Of a stretch of DNA of 64,000 nucleotides, positions 1-15,493 are shown in pieces. The DNA comes from Podarcis liolepis (Eukaryota). A program made the position numbers and the translations under genes. Under the pieces are notes generated by a model, which made no database searches, was not told the origin of the DNA, and saw only the letters and a list, made by a program, of their open reading frames with translations. Where the stretch lies: NCBI GenBank assembly GCA_965112155.1, contig OZ218104.1; one strand, given 5' to 3'. Numbering within the stretch: the first letter of the stretch is position 1; every line of letters begins with the position of its first letter.

Positions 1-3546
<3,546 letters not shown>

Positions 3547-4517
3547 GCTCTGGCCCCACCCTCCTCACCCCACCTGGTTGGCCGAAGGAACGCTGGGCAG
3601 AGCGCTGTGACTCCAGAAATCCCCCCACTTGCACCATGGCCAGGGGAGCTGACGAGAGCAGCGGCTGCTGCAGAGCAGGAGGACTGGCCTTGCTCACCTT
3701 GATGAAGCATATCTCTTAAGACACTTGCTGGCTCGCTCTCTCTTCTCTCCTCTCCTGGCTGCTGAGCCACACTTGCCACAGAAGCCACGTTCCCCTTGTT
3801 TTGGAAGAGGGGGGAGGGGAGGTGCACTGTGGCATGTGCGACTGTTTCTCCCCGCCTGCCATCTTCTCTCCTCCGGTGGGCGTGGGCGAGTGAGTGAGTG
3901 AGTGAAGCGAGTTTTGTTTCGGCTCCTTGCTAGCCGGGTTACCACCTTCAGGCACTTTTCATCCAGAGTTCATGTTGGAAATGTATTCCAAGGATGCTGG
4001 TGATCCTTTCTCCTTGGAGTTCCCTGACGTGGGGGGCCTTTTCTACGCTTGACTGCACACCCCGAGGGCAGTGGCTTGAGTCTGAGAAGGGGATGGATAG
4101 GTGGACCTGCTGTTCTGGACAGAAGCTCTGCTTTGGAGGATTCAGTGGTGGAGGCAGCAACGTCAAGCCCTCTTTGGCCAGTGCCTCCCTCTCAGAAAGC
4201 ATCATGATGGACGAGACTGGCTGCTCCCTCCAGCAAGTCGCTCTTCAGCGTGCCCCCACCCTAAATCTTGGAACTCCTCTTGTCTGATCCTTGGCTGTCA
4301 GCTGTGGTAGGTGGGTAGAAAGGAAATGTGTGTTGCTTAAAGATGGAAAGGGGGGGGCACCATTTGCCTGCAGAAAGACTCATCTCAAGACTCCACTGCA
4401 AAGCTGCTTTCCCCCCTCAGCCCTTTTCATTTCCTGAGTCTGTCAGAGTCCTGGATTCCATTTGAATTCGTTCTCCTCCTGGGACGTTTGTGTTGTATCT
4501 GTAATATTGGCACTGAA

Positions 4518-4523
4518 AATAAA
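4518..4523 (+). terminator. AATAAA polyadenylation signal, probable (proximal) AP1G1 3' end
   Basis: AATAAA about 970 nt after the AP1G1 stop, followed by T-rich sequence. Confidence 0.6.
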
Positions 4524-5567
4524 GACCATGCGGTTTAATGAGACCTTTCCTGCTTTTAGTAGCTGGTTTTGCAGCTCCTTGCATAGACGTTGAGCAGAGG
4601 ACATTCCTGTTTTTGAAGGCCAAGATTCCAAAGTATGACAAGTCCCTAAGAGAGAAGTTTTTAGGGCAGAAGTCAGTGGGTTAGGGGGGCATGTGTAGGA
4701 TTCCAGGAGCAGCACAGAAGGGGGAAACACTTTAGAGTTCCCATCTATGATTGGCTAAAGTTCCTAAAGCTCATTGCCAGCCTGTTTGCCTTACAGAAAC
4801 AGAAGCTGTGTCTGCACCCGCTGTTGGGTTGCGTGACAGGAGAGGGGGAGCCAGGCAGAAGCACTTTCGAGAGCCACAAGAAGTTCTCTAGACATATACT
4901 ATCCTAGCAAATGATTCGCTGCTGAGGTCCTGTTGACTGGAGCTGTGGTCAGCTACCTCTCTCATCTACCCCCCAGTGAGACTTGATGTGCATCCAGCTG
5001 GCAATGCTGCTTTCATGAAGGACAGGATGAAATTGAGGCAGTGGGGAATGGGGCTTTGTGCTCTCACAGAAGACAGGATGAAATCAGGGCAGTGGGGAAT
5101 GGGATTATTGTGATTCTCCAGCCAACAATTATTATGCAAACTTCACCAGCTGGATTGCTGGAGATGGAGCTTGTGGAGTCCAAACAAGATTCAGAAGAAG
5201 TCTGCTCTTCACCACCACAGCAAAAAGAGCCTTGGGGATCCCTGAAGACTAAGAAATGTATTTGGTTTGAGCTTCCTCTTCCTCATAGGATGAGCAGAGT
5301 TGGGAGTATGGCAAGACGCAGATGGCAGCACCGAGGACTCTTTTCCTGTTGCATTCTGAACCTGTAAGATGATGGCTTCTGTCCCCTCCCTTACCCACCC
5401 ACCCCCCGCAACTAATGATGGCAGGTCAGAGCTGGGAGTTGGGGGTTGGCAAGTCCTTTCGCCTTGCACAAACAAGTATCCCTTCAGGGGACACAGAGTT
5501 GAAGTAAGGTCACCTTTCTTGCAAGGAGCTCAAAGTAGTACTGAAGGGTGTCACCCCCCCCCCAATG

Positions 5568-6156
5568 TCCTCAGAGCAACTCTGAAGGAAAGGATAAGAC
5601 TTTGGAGTGACTGTCCAAAGTTAAGACATGGTTGTAGTGGAGATTTCAGCCCAGATTCTAGTCCAACCCTTTAGCCCATAGGTTTTCAACCTTTGTGGGT
5701 CTACGGCTCCTTTGACCAACTACATTCTTTCTGTGGCACCCCTGTGGGGCTCAGAAGCCCAATTATGTCACCCCTTGCCTGCAGAGCTGGCAGCCTCTCA
5801 CCCTTTTTTTGAACACCCTCCTCTCCCCTCTCCTTGGGAGTCCTCTGGGCACCTGCAGCTACCACCTCTGGTCTCTGAGCTGCCCCCCCCGCCCCAAAAA
5901 GAAGTGCTGCCTCACCCTGCCCCACAGGGAAGCACCCCCAAGCTAGCCCCAGAGGCAGCATTCACCTGGGGAGCTGCTGCAACAAACAGCTGTGCACGGC
6001 TTTGGGAGGCAGAGACGCAAGAGGGCATCAGAGGAGGGAGGGAAGGAAAGCGGGACAAAGGCCAGTGATGCCCATGGCACCCCTTACCATCATTCAAGGC
6101 ACACCACGGTGCCATGTCACACTGGTTGAAAACCACTGCTTTAACCACTCCACCAT
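5568..6156 (-). mobile_element. Old MIR/Squam2-like SINE, interrupted by a hAT MITE
   Basis: tcctcagagcaactctgaagg...ctagtccaaccctttagcc resumes after the MITE as ctttaaccactccacca, the same pattern as the uninterrupted copy at 43870-44000. Confidence 0.55.
5677..6138. mobile_element. Non-autonomous hAT-type DNA transposon (MITE)
   Basis: TIRs cataggttttcaacc / ggttgaaaaccactg; 8-bp TSD ctttagcc (5669-5676) / ctttaacc (6139-6146). Confidence 0.75.
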
Positions 6157-7312
6157 CTCCTTCCCTTGTAAGAGGCAGCCAGGAGCTCTGATGACTGTGC
6201 TGGAAATGAGATATGACCCACCTGTGAACTCTACAGCTGCTTTTATCATGGGCTACGCTGTCTGAGGCAATTGAACCTGTGGCCATCTAGGTGTTGAGGA
6301 TGATAGGAGCTGGGAGTTGAGCATCCCCACCCCTCAACTGAAGGATCTTTTTACACAGTGGCCCATCTTCCTCTCCCTCCATTTCCCACAGTGGAAGGTC
6401 CAGACTTATTGTGAAGGGAGAGCCTGTGTGGAATAACTTAACTATGTTGTGCTTTTGTTAACACAGGCTGGTACCTAAACCCCAGTCTAACTTGAGGTGT
6501 TGCACATTGAGTATAGGATACCTCTATGCCTGCAGGAGGCAGGGTACAAATATGATGAATAACACAATCCCTACAATAATTGTGCTTTCTAGCCCTTAAA
6601 GTAGGCATAGCAGAGGGTGGCAGTCCTACTGGGTTGGATGTTGCTCAAAAAAATGTCACATTAAAGCAATGGCCTTCCAGATGTTGCTGTACTAGAATCA
6701 TCATCCTTGACCATTTGCCATGTTGCCTGGGGCTGATGGGCGAACTACATTTGGTGGGCCCCTGTTTCCCAGCTCTTCCTTCAAAGGGTTCTCAAATCTT
6801 GCCTTCTGTTCTGAGGGGTGGGCGTGGGATTAAGCTACAGAAAACGTTTTATTGGACAAATGTTTTTGGATATGCAAAATTGTCCTTTGGGGACCACAGT
6901 AACTGCCAGGCTTTGGGAGACAGCCTTCTGTAAGCTGTTGAGAGAATGTTGGTGAAATGTGCCAAAAAAGCTCTAGAGTTTCAAGGAAGAGAGTGCTAAA
7001 TGCTCAGTTAAATAGGACCTCAGGGAATGTAGGTGTTCCAAGGTGTTGCAGTTCTTCTGTGTGTATTGCTGGAAATGCAGTTAAATGCACCCCTTGGAAG
7101 TGAGCTGGCTTTTGCTTGGAGAATGAGTTCCCTCTTCCGCCTCATCACTGCACATCACTGTCAGGTGTTTTTTTGTGTGTGTGAGAGGGGTGGGGGGAGG
7201 AGATACTTCTCTACATTGAGGCAGTAAAATGCAGCAAACCCAAAGCAAGGAAGTCCAAGATCTCTAGTGTCTTTTGACATACACATTTAAAGTGAATTAC
7301 CAAGGTAGTGAT

Positions 7313-7318
7313 TTTATT
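7313..7318 (-). terminator. AATAAA polyadenylation signal, probable MARVELD3 3' end
   Basis: tttatt on + strand, about 610 nt downstream of the MARVELD3 stop on the minus strand. Confidence 0.5.
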
Positions 7319-7927
7319 GTTGTACAAAAGTACTATATTCTATAATGAAAACAATTTGAAACAAGACTGCACAGAACATCTAGTAGAAGCATTTGCCTTC
7401 AAGGCAAATGTGTAACTTCCTCATCAAGGAAGCAGCTCAATGAGGTGAATGGAAGAAGGAATGAAAAACGTTTTCTCTGGCATTGTAAGAAGGGGTGGGT
7501 GGAAAAAGACACAGATTTGCTTTCTATAAGAGGACTGGGTTTTTTTCTGGGGGTACCAACAAGATGGCACTTTGCCCCAAGGCATATATTGAAAGTCTCT
7601 GGTCAACGGTCTCTAAAGGCATGATCTGAAAGGAAAAAGGAATGCAGAGGGAAGAAAGCAAGTGCTGGTTGGTGATGGGACCAAGTTGGTCTTCTTGCCA
7701 TTACAGGTGATGTTCTATATTAAGGGAGTAGTCTTGCTAGACTTTGCATCGGTATGTGTGATGGGAAAGAAAGAGGAGCTAGGAGAATGTTTACAAAACT
7801 GTGAAGGTAGGGTTTAGACAGAAAGTGATCACTGTCACCACTGTACATGGTTCAAAGGCACTGCTTAGCTTGGCTTAATATGCTGCTCCATCCTGCTCTC
7901 CCTTCAACTCAGGCAGCAGAGGCCAAG

Positions 7928-9977
7928 CTAGGGCTCATAGCTGTGTGATGATGGTTTTGCTTGGAGGGTCCGGACAATCTTGAAGCCACGGACAGCCAAC
8001 ACAACGGCAACAGCGAAGGCCACAATGGCTGCCCCAGCAAAGAAGCCCACAGCGATCTCTGCTCCATGCAAACTGCAGCCAAAGCCCCTGTAGCCTTTGC
8101 TCTGGTAGAGGTTCTCTCGCTCTTTGCACAGAGAGGAGGCATAGATCTCGTGAAGGTGATGGTAGTAGAAGTACAAAGCTGGCACAAGACCAATTGCAAT
8201 GGCCACATCCAGAATGGCCTCCGCTATCAGCCAGGCTGGGCAATGCCAGGGCACTCGGAAGAGACTAGCCACAATCTGGAAGCAGGCAAAGGCCATCAGC
8301 GCCCCTCCAACTGCCATGGCCACCTGGGCCGGTGGCACCTTGAGTTGGTGGAACTGGGCATCCAACTGCTGTGCCTTCTCCCCATCAGCTCCACTGAGGC
8401 CACTGTAGGCCCCGCCGTATTGGTAGTAGTAAATGCTCCCCATACTGAAAAGACCAGTGTAGCCACCTGTCGAATTGTAGGAGACTGAGCTGCAGATGAC
8501 AATCAGCATGCAGAGGAGGAGCTGGAGCTGTTGGCAGCAGGCTAAGAAGAAGCAAGGACAGAGGGGTGCTATTAGTGCCATTTCTCTAGTGCTGTGGGGC
8601 CCTCAGCCTGTGTGGAACATGGAGAAACGGGGAAGGCACTTGGCTCCTCCAGGTCCACTCATAGAGGTCAGCTTTGTGGGTAGATTGGATCCCAAATTTT
8701 ACTGGGGTTAAGGGAGCATATCTGAGCAGGCAGCGACTATCCTTCCTTCCCTGTTTCTACCAGGGCACCTTCTGCCCCAACACCACATTGAAAGACTTTT
8801 CATACCTGAGGTTAGTGACCTCAGAGCTCCCCTCATGTTTCACCCTTAGTTTTAGGCCAGGGATAGGGAACCCCAGGCATCAAATATGGTTTCCTGGGTT
8901 CCTCTACATGCCTTTTGGGACTTCCCCAGGCCATACCCCATGCAAGCCTCACCTCACGCCCCTGCAATGTTTTACCTGCTGCAAGAATGCCCCCTTGAAT
9001 TCTGATAATTTATCTTGCTCCCCTGGTGGAGGCACAGGGAGAGAGGGATGTATGAATAAATTAACATTTGTTGCCCCAGCCACACTGGCCATCTGGCCCC
9101 TGTAAAGTTGACTAGAATGGAATATGGCCCTTGGGCTGAAAAAGTTTATTCACCCGTTTTAGGCTGGGAGGAAACTGGGGTGACCTGGCAGCCTCGTGGG
9201 TGCCACCCCACTCCCTGGAGGGAGCTTGTGCTGACCACAGAGGCCTGAGGCTTGTGAAAGAGCAAAGTGGTTCAGTCCAGGTAGGGAAAGGCCATAGGCT
9301 TATTCAGGACGTGAGTGGGCAGCAGCGCAAGCCCACTGGAGTGGGCCCTGCCAGACAAGACGGGAGGGGGGGACTTGCCCATCTGCCTTGACGGCTGAGC
9401 AGCACTCACTGCCCCCCTTGCCATCAAGCTGTGGGGCCACAGGCCTGCCCCTCGCGACTATTGGGCAGCCTGCGAAGAGGGGGGTGGCAGCGTCTGGCTG
9501 GCAAGAACCCCGTCCCCGCGAGGCAAGCAACAGCCCTTTTGCCCGTCCCATCAGGGAAGCTGCCAGTGGCCTCGCCCACACCGAGCTCACCAGCAGCGGG
9601 GGGAGGAGGAGGAGCTACAAACGCAACCCACCCCCATCGCAGCCCGGGCTCCTCATCCCACGAGGGAAGGGGGCGTGTCGTCGACATCGTACCACCCTGA
9701 CCCACCCCATCGCGGGCCAGTAGGGACATCTAACCCGGCCCGGGCCCTCACCTCTGGCCGTGCACAGGGCGCGACATAGCGGTTTGTCCAGAAGGCCGCC
9801 TCCGCCTCGGGCCTCGGCAGGGGCGTCCAAAGAGGCCAGTGTGGTGCCTCGGGAAGGAGGGGGGCGGTGCTGGTGCTGCTGCCGCCACGGCCACGGCTGC
9901 TCTCCTACCGCCACCACCGCTGGCTGGTCGTGACGCCAGTCCCGCGGCTTCCCGGGTGTCCTCCCGGCGTCCGCCAT
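7928..9977 (-). CDS. MARVELD3: MARVEL domain-containing protein 3 (tight-junction protein), about 279 aa in 2 coding exons
   Basis: Exon 9977-9752 (gccATGG Kozak; MADAGRTPG...[13 protein letters not shown]; donor G|GTGAG) joined in phase 1 to exon 8541-7928 ([10 protein letters not shown]...[14 protein letters not shown]...[11 protein letters not shown]...[13 protein letters not shown]...YQSKGY...GCSLHGAEI), the 4-TM MARVEL domain of MARVELD3. An additional upstream exon cannot be excluded. Confidence 0.93.
8858..9156. mobile_element. hAT-type MITE in the MARVELD3 intron
   Basis: Starts cagggatagggaac, ends gtttattcacccg (degenerate TIR); perfect 8-bp TSD ttttaggc at 8850-8857 and 9157-9164. 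Confidence 0.7.
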
Positions 9978-10400
9978 GGCTCGTAGCCTGGTGGCGCGCA
10001 GGGAGGTCTGGGTGGGGCGTCCCAGGTGAGCGCGGCGGCGCCACCTCCTGGGCGGAGATTGGCCGGGGTTGGTGTAGGTGGGAGGCAGGTGTCCATCTCG
10101 CCTAGGAGCCGCCGCCCGACAGAGGGGGCTCGTCGCTGCCGGCGCTTGCCGAGGGGCGCTTCTCCAGCAGCCGTCGAGGAAGTCAGGGCGGGTCTGGAAA
10201 GGCCCAAGGCAGTCCCTGGACAAACCGCTATTGCTGCCCGTCCAGGCCCGATGTTCGGTGGTCCTGGTGGCCGCTGGCCTTCCTGGTCACACCACAAGAT
10301 GGCTTTTTTTTTGATGGAGCGGGAAAAGATGTCCAAGGGCGCCTGGGCTTCTCCGCCATAGGTGCGCCCCTCCCTCTCCCGCCCCACTCGGCTGCTCGCC
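9400..10400. promoter_or_regulatory. CpG island / MARVELD3 promoter, possibly bidirectional
   Basis: Dense CpG, GC boxes, ATTGG near 10058, ETS-like GGAAGT near 10178, YY1-like caagatggc near 10296. Confidence 0.75.
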
Positions 10401-13400
10401 CATTGCCTCACTAAGCAGCAGTCTCTTGGCATTCTTGGCCATACCTGACTCTGGTAACAATCCAGAATTAGAGGGAAAGGAGAGAACTGGAGATCCTTCT
10501 CAGCACCCTGATGATGGCACTGCCCTTTGCAGCCTTGGATGGTCTCCCTCACTGGCTTTGTGTTGATTCTGAGCATCAGGGGGTGCAGAAATGGACCCGG
10601 TGCAGCCCTTCCTCATTCTTGTGGGACTGCACAGAAACCACAGGACAGGAAGGAATAGAACCACTGCCACTCAGTGCTTGTCCATCCATGGCTCACCCTC
10701 AGCACGCCTAGTTGAGCAGGACTAGAGAAAGAGCCTATGCCCATGGGAAGGGCATGGCTGCTGCCGGCTAAAGTAGAGGCTAGATGATCCTCTGTTCTTA
10801 CAGTATTCATTCACCTGTTCAGCTAAAAGCAGGAGGCAGGGATGAGGAACCTACAGCCCACCACAAAATCCCTGTCATCATCAGCCATGCTGGCCAGAGG
10901 AGAGTGATAGGAGTTGGAGTCCATCTTGACACCAGAGAAGCCCAGCAGATGGATCAGGCCAAGGTGAGCCCCTCTAGCCCAGCATCCTGTTTCCAACAAT
11001 GACCAGTCAGACACCACTGAGAGTCGCACAAGCAGGATCAGGATGTTGCCCATCTACAGCAGCTTAGATTTGGCCTCTGGACATGGAGGTTTAATTCAGT
11101 GCTCATGGGTAGTTGCAGTTGCTAGACTTCTTCTCCCTCATGACTTCATTTATGACCCTGTTTAATCTGTCTGTCTGCAAAAAATGCAATTACTTTTGGT
11201 ACCTTCATTATTTTGAGCATGGAACAATTGCTCATTTGCTCTACCCACAAGTAACAAGGGGAAGGGATTTACTTTCTCTCTGTCTTCTCTTACACAAACA
11301 TAACTTGCTAATCTGGGCAATATAACTGTGTCCCATGATTTCAGAAGCTGGTTTTAGAAAAAAATTAGTCTTTGTATCCCAGGGGTTCTCACCAAATGCA
11401 GCTGGGCCAAACTCTAGAAAGCAACTGAAGCTCATCCAAGGAGGAGACCTTTTCTGCGTTCTCTCCTCCACCTGGCTGCCACCTTCACCACCTTCCTCCT
11501 CTGCTTTCCAGCCGGAATTTCAACAAGTCTCTCCTGAGAGATTCTCAGCCGCAGGTACCACTATCTTGGCTGAAGGCACCTTGTTTCTCAAAGGTAGGCA
11601 TGAGCAGAGAGCATTGTGCCACTATGGCTTGATGGGAAGAATCTTTCACTTACTGTCTTCTTTATATTTCAAGTGGTTGCCATGCCAAAGGCCTGCCTCC
11701 TCTCCATGGCCTGAAGTTCCATGATGCCTTCATGGTGAGGGTGAGGCAAGCATGGGCTCAGGGGTGTGTGAGTTGGCCATTGGTATCTGGGTTCTGAGGG
11801 CTTTGGGGAAATGCTAACCTAGTGGCCAGCCAGTGCTTCTGCCTCCCCCCCCCCCCAATTGCATTTTTCTAGCCAGATGGTGTCACTTCAGGTGAAGCTG
11901 GCAAGGTTTGGCTCTGATACACTTCTCCCTTAGCTCTGAATCCTTCATTGAATTATTTTGCTGAGGGAGGAAGAGGGGTTCTTTTGCATTTGGGTACTAG
12001 ATTTTGGGTACTGGCATTTTATGGAGGCCTCTTCCATAGCAATTTGTGGTCACTGATTCAGCATTTTAAGAAATGCTCTTTGTATTTCTGCTCAGGGGCA
12101 TTTTGTCCATCTAGGTATCTCTTGGAGACTTGTGGGCCCAAAGTACTTTAAGCAACATTTCTAGAGGCAGAACTTTTGCTTTGCACAATGAGAACGTCCA
12201 AGTGGAATGGTGGAGGCTGCTCCATTAGGGTGAATGGAGTTCAACCCTACCAACCTCACTCTGCCCTCAGCCAGCCCCACCTGGACTTGTGGGTGGGTGG
12301 GGAGTATGGGGCTTTAGCCATTTTGTCCCCTGTATAGACTTGATTAAGATGGTGTATTTGCATACACACATGCTCAAGCCAGCAGTCTGCATGCCTGTGT
12401 TTGGGTAGGGGAACTTCCAAGGCCCGAATCCAAATTGGAACCATAGCAGGGAGCTGATAGATAAAGCTGCTCTACCGTGACACCATGGTCATGTTTTGGA
12501 TTGGGGGCCCCAGCCTGGCAACGTGTAGAAAAAAAAAAACCTCCTTCATTTAAGAGCACAGATTCTGTGATAAAATAATTACTGGTATCCTGTTGGAACA
12601 CCATCACTGCTAGCTGGCAGGGGTGTACTGATTACCATCTAGGTTGCAAAATGTACTCTGACTGCTAGAAAATTAAGAGCCAGAAAAAAGGAGGGGGCTG
12701 TGTGTGAATAGGATGTGCTTTTGCTCTATTATGTTTGTAGTGTATAGGCACAAGTTTATATGGAGGGTCCATGTCCCCTTTGTTTCTGAGAGAAGTTGTA
12801 CTTAAATTAAGCATGAGGGGTTTTTTAATGCAATACTGTATGTCAAGAAACCTGCGTTTTCATATGTATTCTATATCACCATTTTTGTATTGAATTGTGG
12901 TGGCCTATGGCTTTGAACAAGAAAGAGATACTTTAGTTGGACCCTCAGGGCAGCCTGGAGCCAAAGTTATGAATCACGTTCTCTGGACAAACAAAGCTGT
13001 GTTGTCCCTCCCTCTGGGCCTTGATAGGGATTGCTGCTGGGATTTTCCATGAAACTATAAGAGGGAAGGTGGAAACCGGTATAACCAAAGCACAGGGTAT
13101 TTTGCAGTTATCTGGATCTGAAAACACAAAGCCAGAAGGAACTTGTGTGCCGCATAGATGGCATCCTTGCACCTGATTTTAGGAAGTGGGAGGAGACTGG
13201 GCAGCAGTGCCACGTGGCAAGGATGTCAGGACATATTTGTAGCAATGTCATTGTGGGAAGCTCCCTGCAAGATTTGCTGTTCCAAACTTGAATGATACTG
13301 AAGCATAAAACAAACATGATTTGTGCAACTCCTGCTCAGATTGTACTCTCTGGGAAGCGTTGGCTGCCCTTGGTTTCCATTCTCAGATGGTGCCCCCCCC

Positions 13401-14667
13401 CCACTCATTCCTCCAGGCTGCCACTTAACAAACACATTCCCATTTCCTGTCATTACATTTTCCATAACTCTTTATGAAATAAAATATTCTCTTGCATTCA
13501 AATAAGCCCCTTCCCAGCTCTGTCAAGATTGTCAAAAAATGTTGTGAGTGCATTGTGCACGGGGATGGGGGCTGTCTAGTATTGACTTCTGTGTTCGATT
13601 ATACAACCTCTGGAAATACTTTTGTTCATTCTGTGGGTTCTTAAGATACATTAGTTCTCGTTTGCTGTAACAAGCAGCATTTTCAGCCCCGTGAATGGGA
13701 TATTTCACTTTAACATTACTTCCTATAGGCTGAGCAAAATCATTAAAACATCCGCAAACTTGTTTATAGATGAATGCTCTCCTAATTAGTCATGGTTCCT
13801 TTCACTTTAGTGTCCTTTCATTTGAAGTTGGCTGACTCTTTCAGTAGCAAGCAGGTGAAGGGAGGGCAGCAGTCAGCCTGTTTAAAGGGCATCTTCTTAG
13901 ATTTCCATGACCTGCCCTAGTGTGAGGTGGGGTCAGTAAGGTGCATGTTCATGAAAGGGGCAGTAAGTCTGCCAATCTTGCCATGGAACTGGGGTGGAGA
14001 GAGAGAGACTTAATTTATCTCTACAGACACTATAAACCTAATGGGGGAACAAGAGCTGTTGGGAGTGTTTATGCTTAGAGTCCTTCTGCCTTATGCTCTG
14101 CCTGCACATACATACAAATAAATTGTGTATCCCAAAGACACCACAAGCCTTCACACAGCAGCCTTCATTCCAAAGAAACCAAACCCATGGTATGTGTTGG
14201 GACCACTGAAACTTTACCGCTTGGAGATTGGGTTACACATAACAACACTTCCTAGAATCTGCAGAACTTTCTGAAATTCCACAAGTTTTGATTTTGAGAT
14301 AGGCAATTGGCACAATGTTATTGTAACAACATCAGCTTCCTTTGAGTCCATCAGCTTCTATCATATTTTTCCATCTTTTTAATGTATTTATTTATTGGTA
14401 TTGGTATTATACTTACAGGGCAAGTAAGGCACAAAAATAATGGCTGGTATTTTATGCTAGTTCCACTCTGAGCAGACCCACTGAAGCTAATGGTCATAAC
14501 TAACTTAAATTCATTCAAGGTGATGAAAGGTCATGTGAGGAAGACCTGCTTAGTAGTGGCTATCAAGTTCAGGAACACACTTCCTGGGAACTCAGCTACC
14601 ACCAACATCACCCCAACTTCTTTCATCTGCTTTGCATGTAGAATGTCCCAGGTTCAATCCCTCACAG

Positions 14668-14803
14668 CAGGCTTCCTCAACCTTGGCCCTCCAGATGTTT
14701 TGAGAATATAATTCCCATCATCTCTGACCACTGGTCCTGCTAGCTAGGGATCATGGGAGCTGTAAGCCAAAAACATCTGGAGGGCCAAGTTTGAGGAAGC
14801 CTG
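14668..14803. mobile_element. Palindromic hAT-type MITE (136 bp)
   Basis: Long near-perfect TIRs caggcttcctcaaccttggccctccagatgtttt / aaaacatctggagggccaagtttgaggaagcctg; 8-bp TSD cctcacag / ccttacag. Confidence 0.85.
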
Positions 14804-14815
14804 CCTTACAGCATC

Positions 14816-15493
14816 GACTCAGGAACATTCTACCATATGTGGTGGATATGTAGGAAAATACAGGTATTCTGGCAGAGTATACATGCAGAACTGCAAAAAA
14901 TGCTAAAGATCTCTTTCAATAAAAAACCAGAGGCCTACCTCCTGGGAATAACAGATTTGGATATTCCACTAAAGAGGAAGGGTATATTTTTATATGTGAC
15001 GATGGCAGCAAGAGTTTTGATTGCAGCAAAATGGAAGAGTAATGAAAACCCCTCTATACAAGATTGGATCCAAAAGCTGACAGAATATGCCGAATTAGAT
15101 GGTTTATCAGAAAAAATAAAGAATAAATCAAAACAGGAATTTGTTTCAAAATGGGAGGTTTTCAAAGAATATCTGAAAAATAAATATAGTAGTTTAAATT
15201 CTGTTGCAGCATTTGAGGAACTTCAGTAATAGTTGCAAGGTAGATATAAGAAATTAGATTTATTGAGAATAAGTTTAATTATGATAAAAGTGTGTATTGG
15301 CAATAAGTAATATGAATTTGAAATATGGAATAGACGGGAGGTTGGGTCTTTAGTGTTAAGACCAATAGATGTTTTATTGTTTGCTAAGAAAATTATGTGT
15401 CTATGGTTATTTTTGTAATTTGTGTGTAATTTGGTATTTGTGTTTTTTTTTATTTTTTCTTGTTGTATAAATAAAAAACTTTATTAAAAAAAA
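14816..15493 (+). mobile_element. 5'-truncated L1/Tx1-clade LINE (ORF2 C-terminus, 3' UTR, poly-A)
   Basis: GTFYHMWWICRKIQVFW...ARVLIAAKWK Cys/His C-terminal region (ORF 14837-15229), AT-rich UTR, aataaa plus A-tail, and a 21-bp TSD ggaagcctgcct(t/c)acagcatc at 14795-14815 and 15494-15514. Confidence 0.88.

Noticed and set aside
9300-10576. Many overlapping 80-220 aa ORFs on both strands
   Set aside because: Stop-codon depletion in a CpG island; only the MARVELD3 frame is recognisable. The same applies at 50600-52300 and 61700-62500.
10503-10586. TGATGA...CTGA with flanking inverted repeat, snoRNA-like
   Set aside because: The putative C box lies inside the inverted repeat instead of next to it, so the geometry does not fit a C/D kink-turn.
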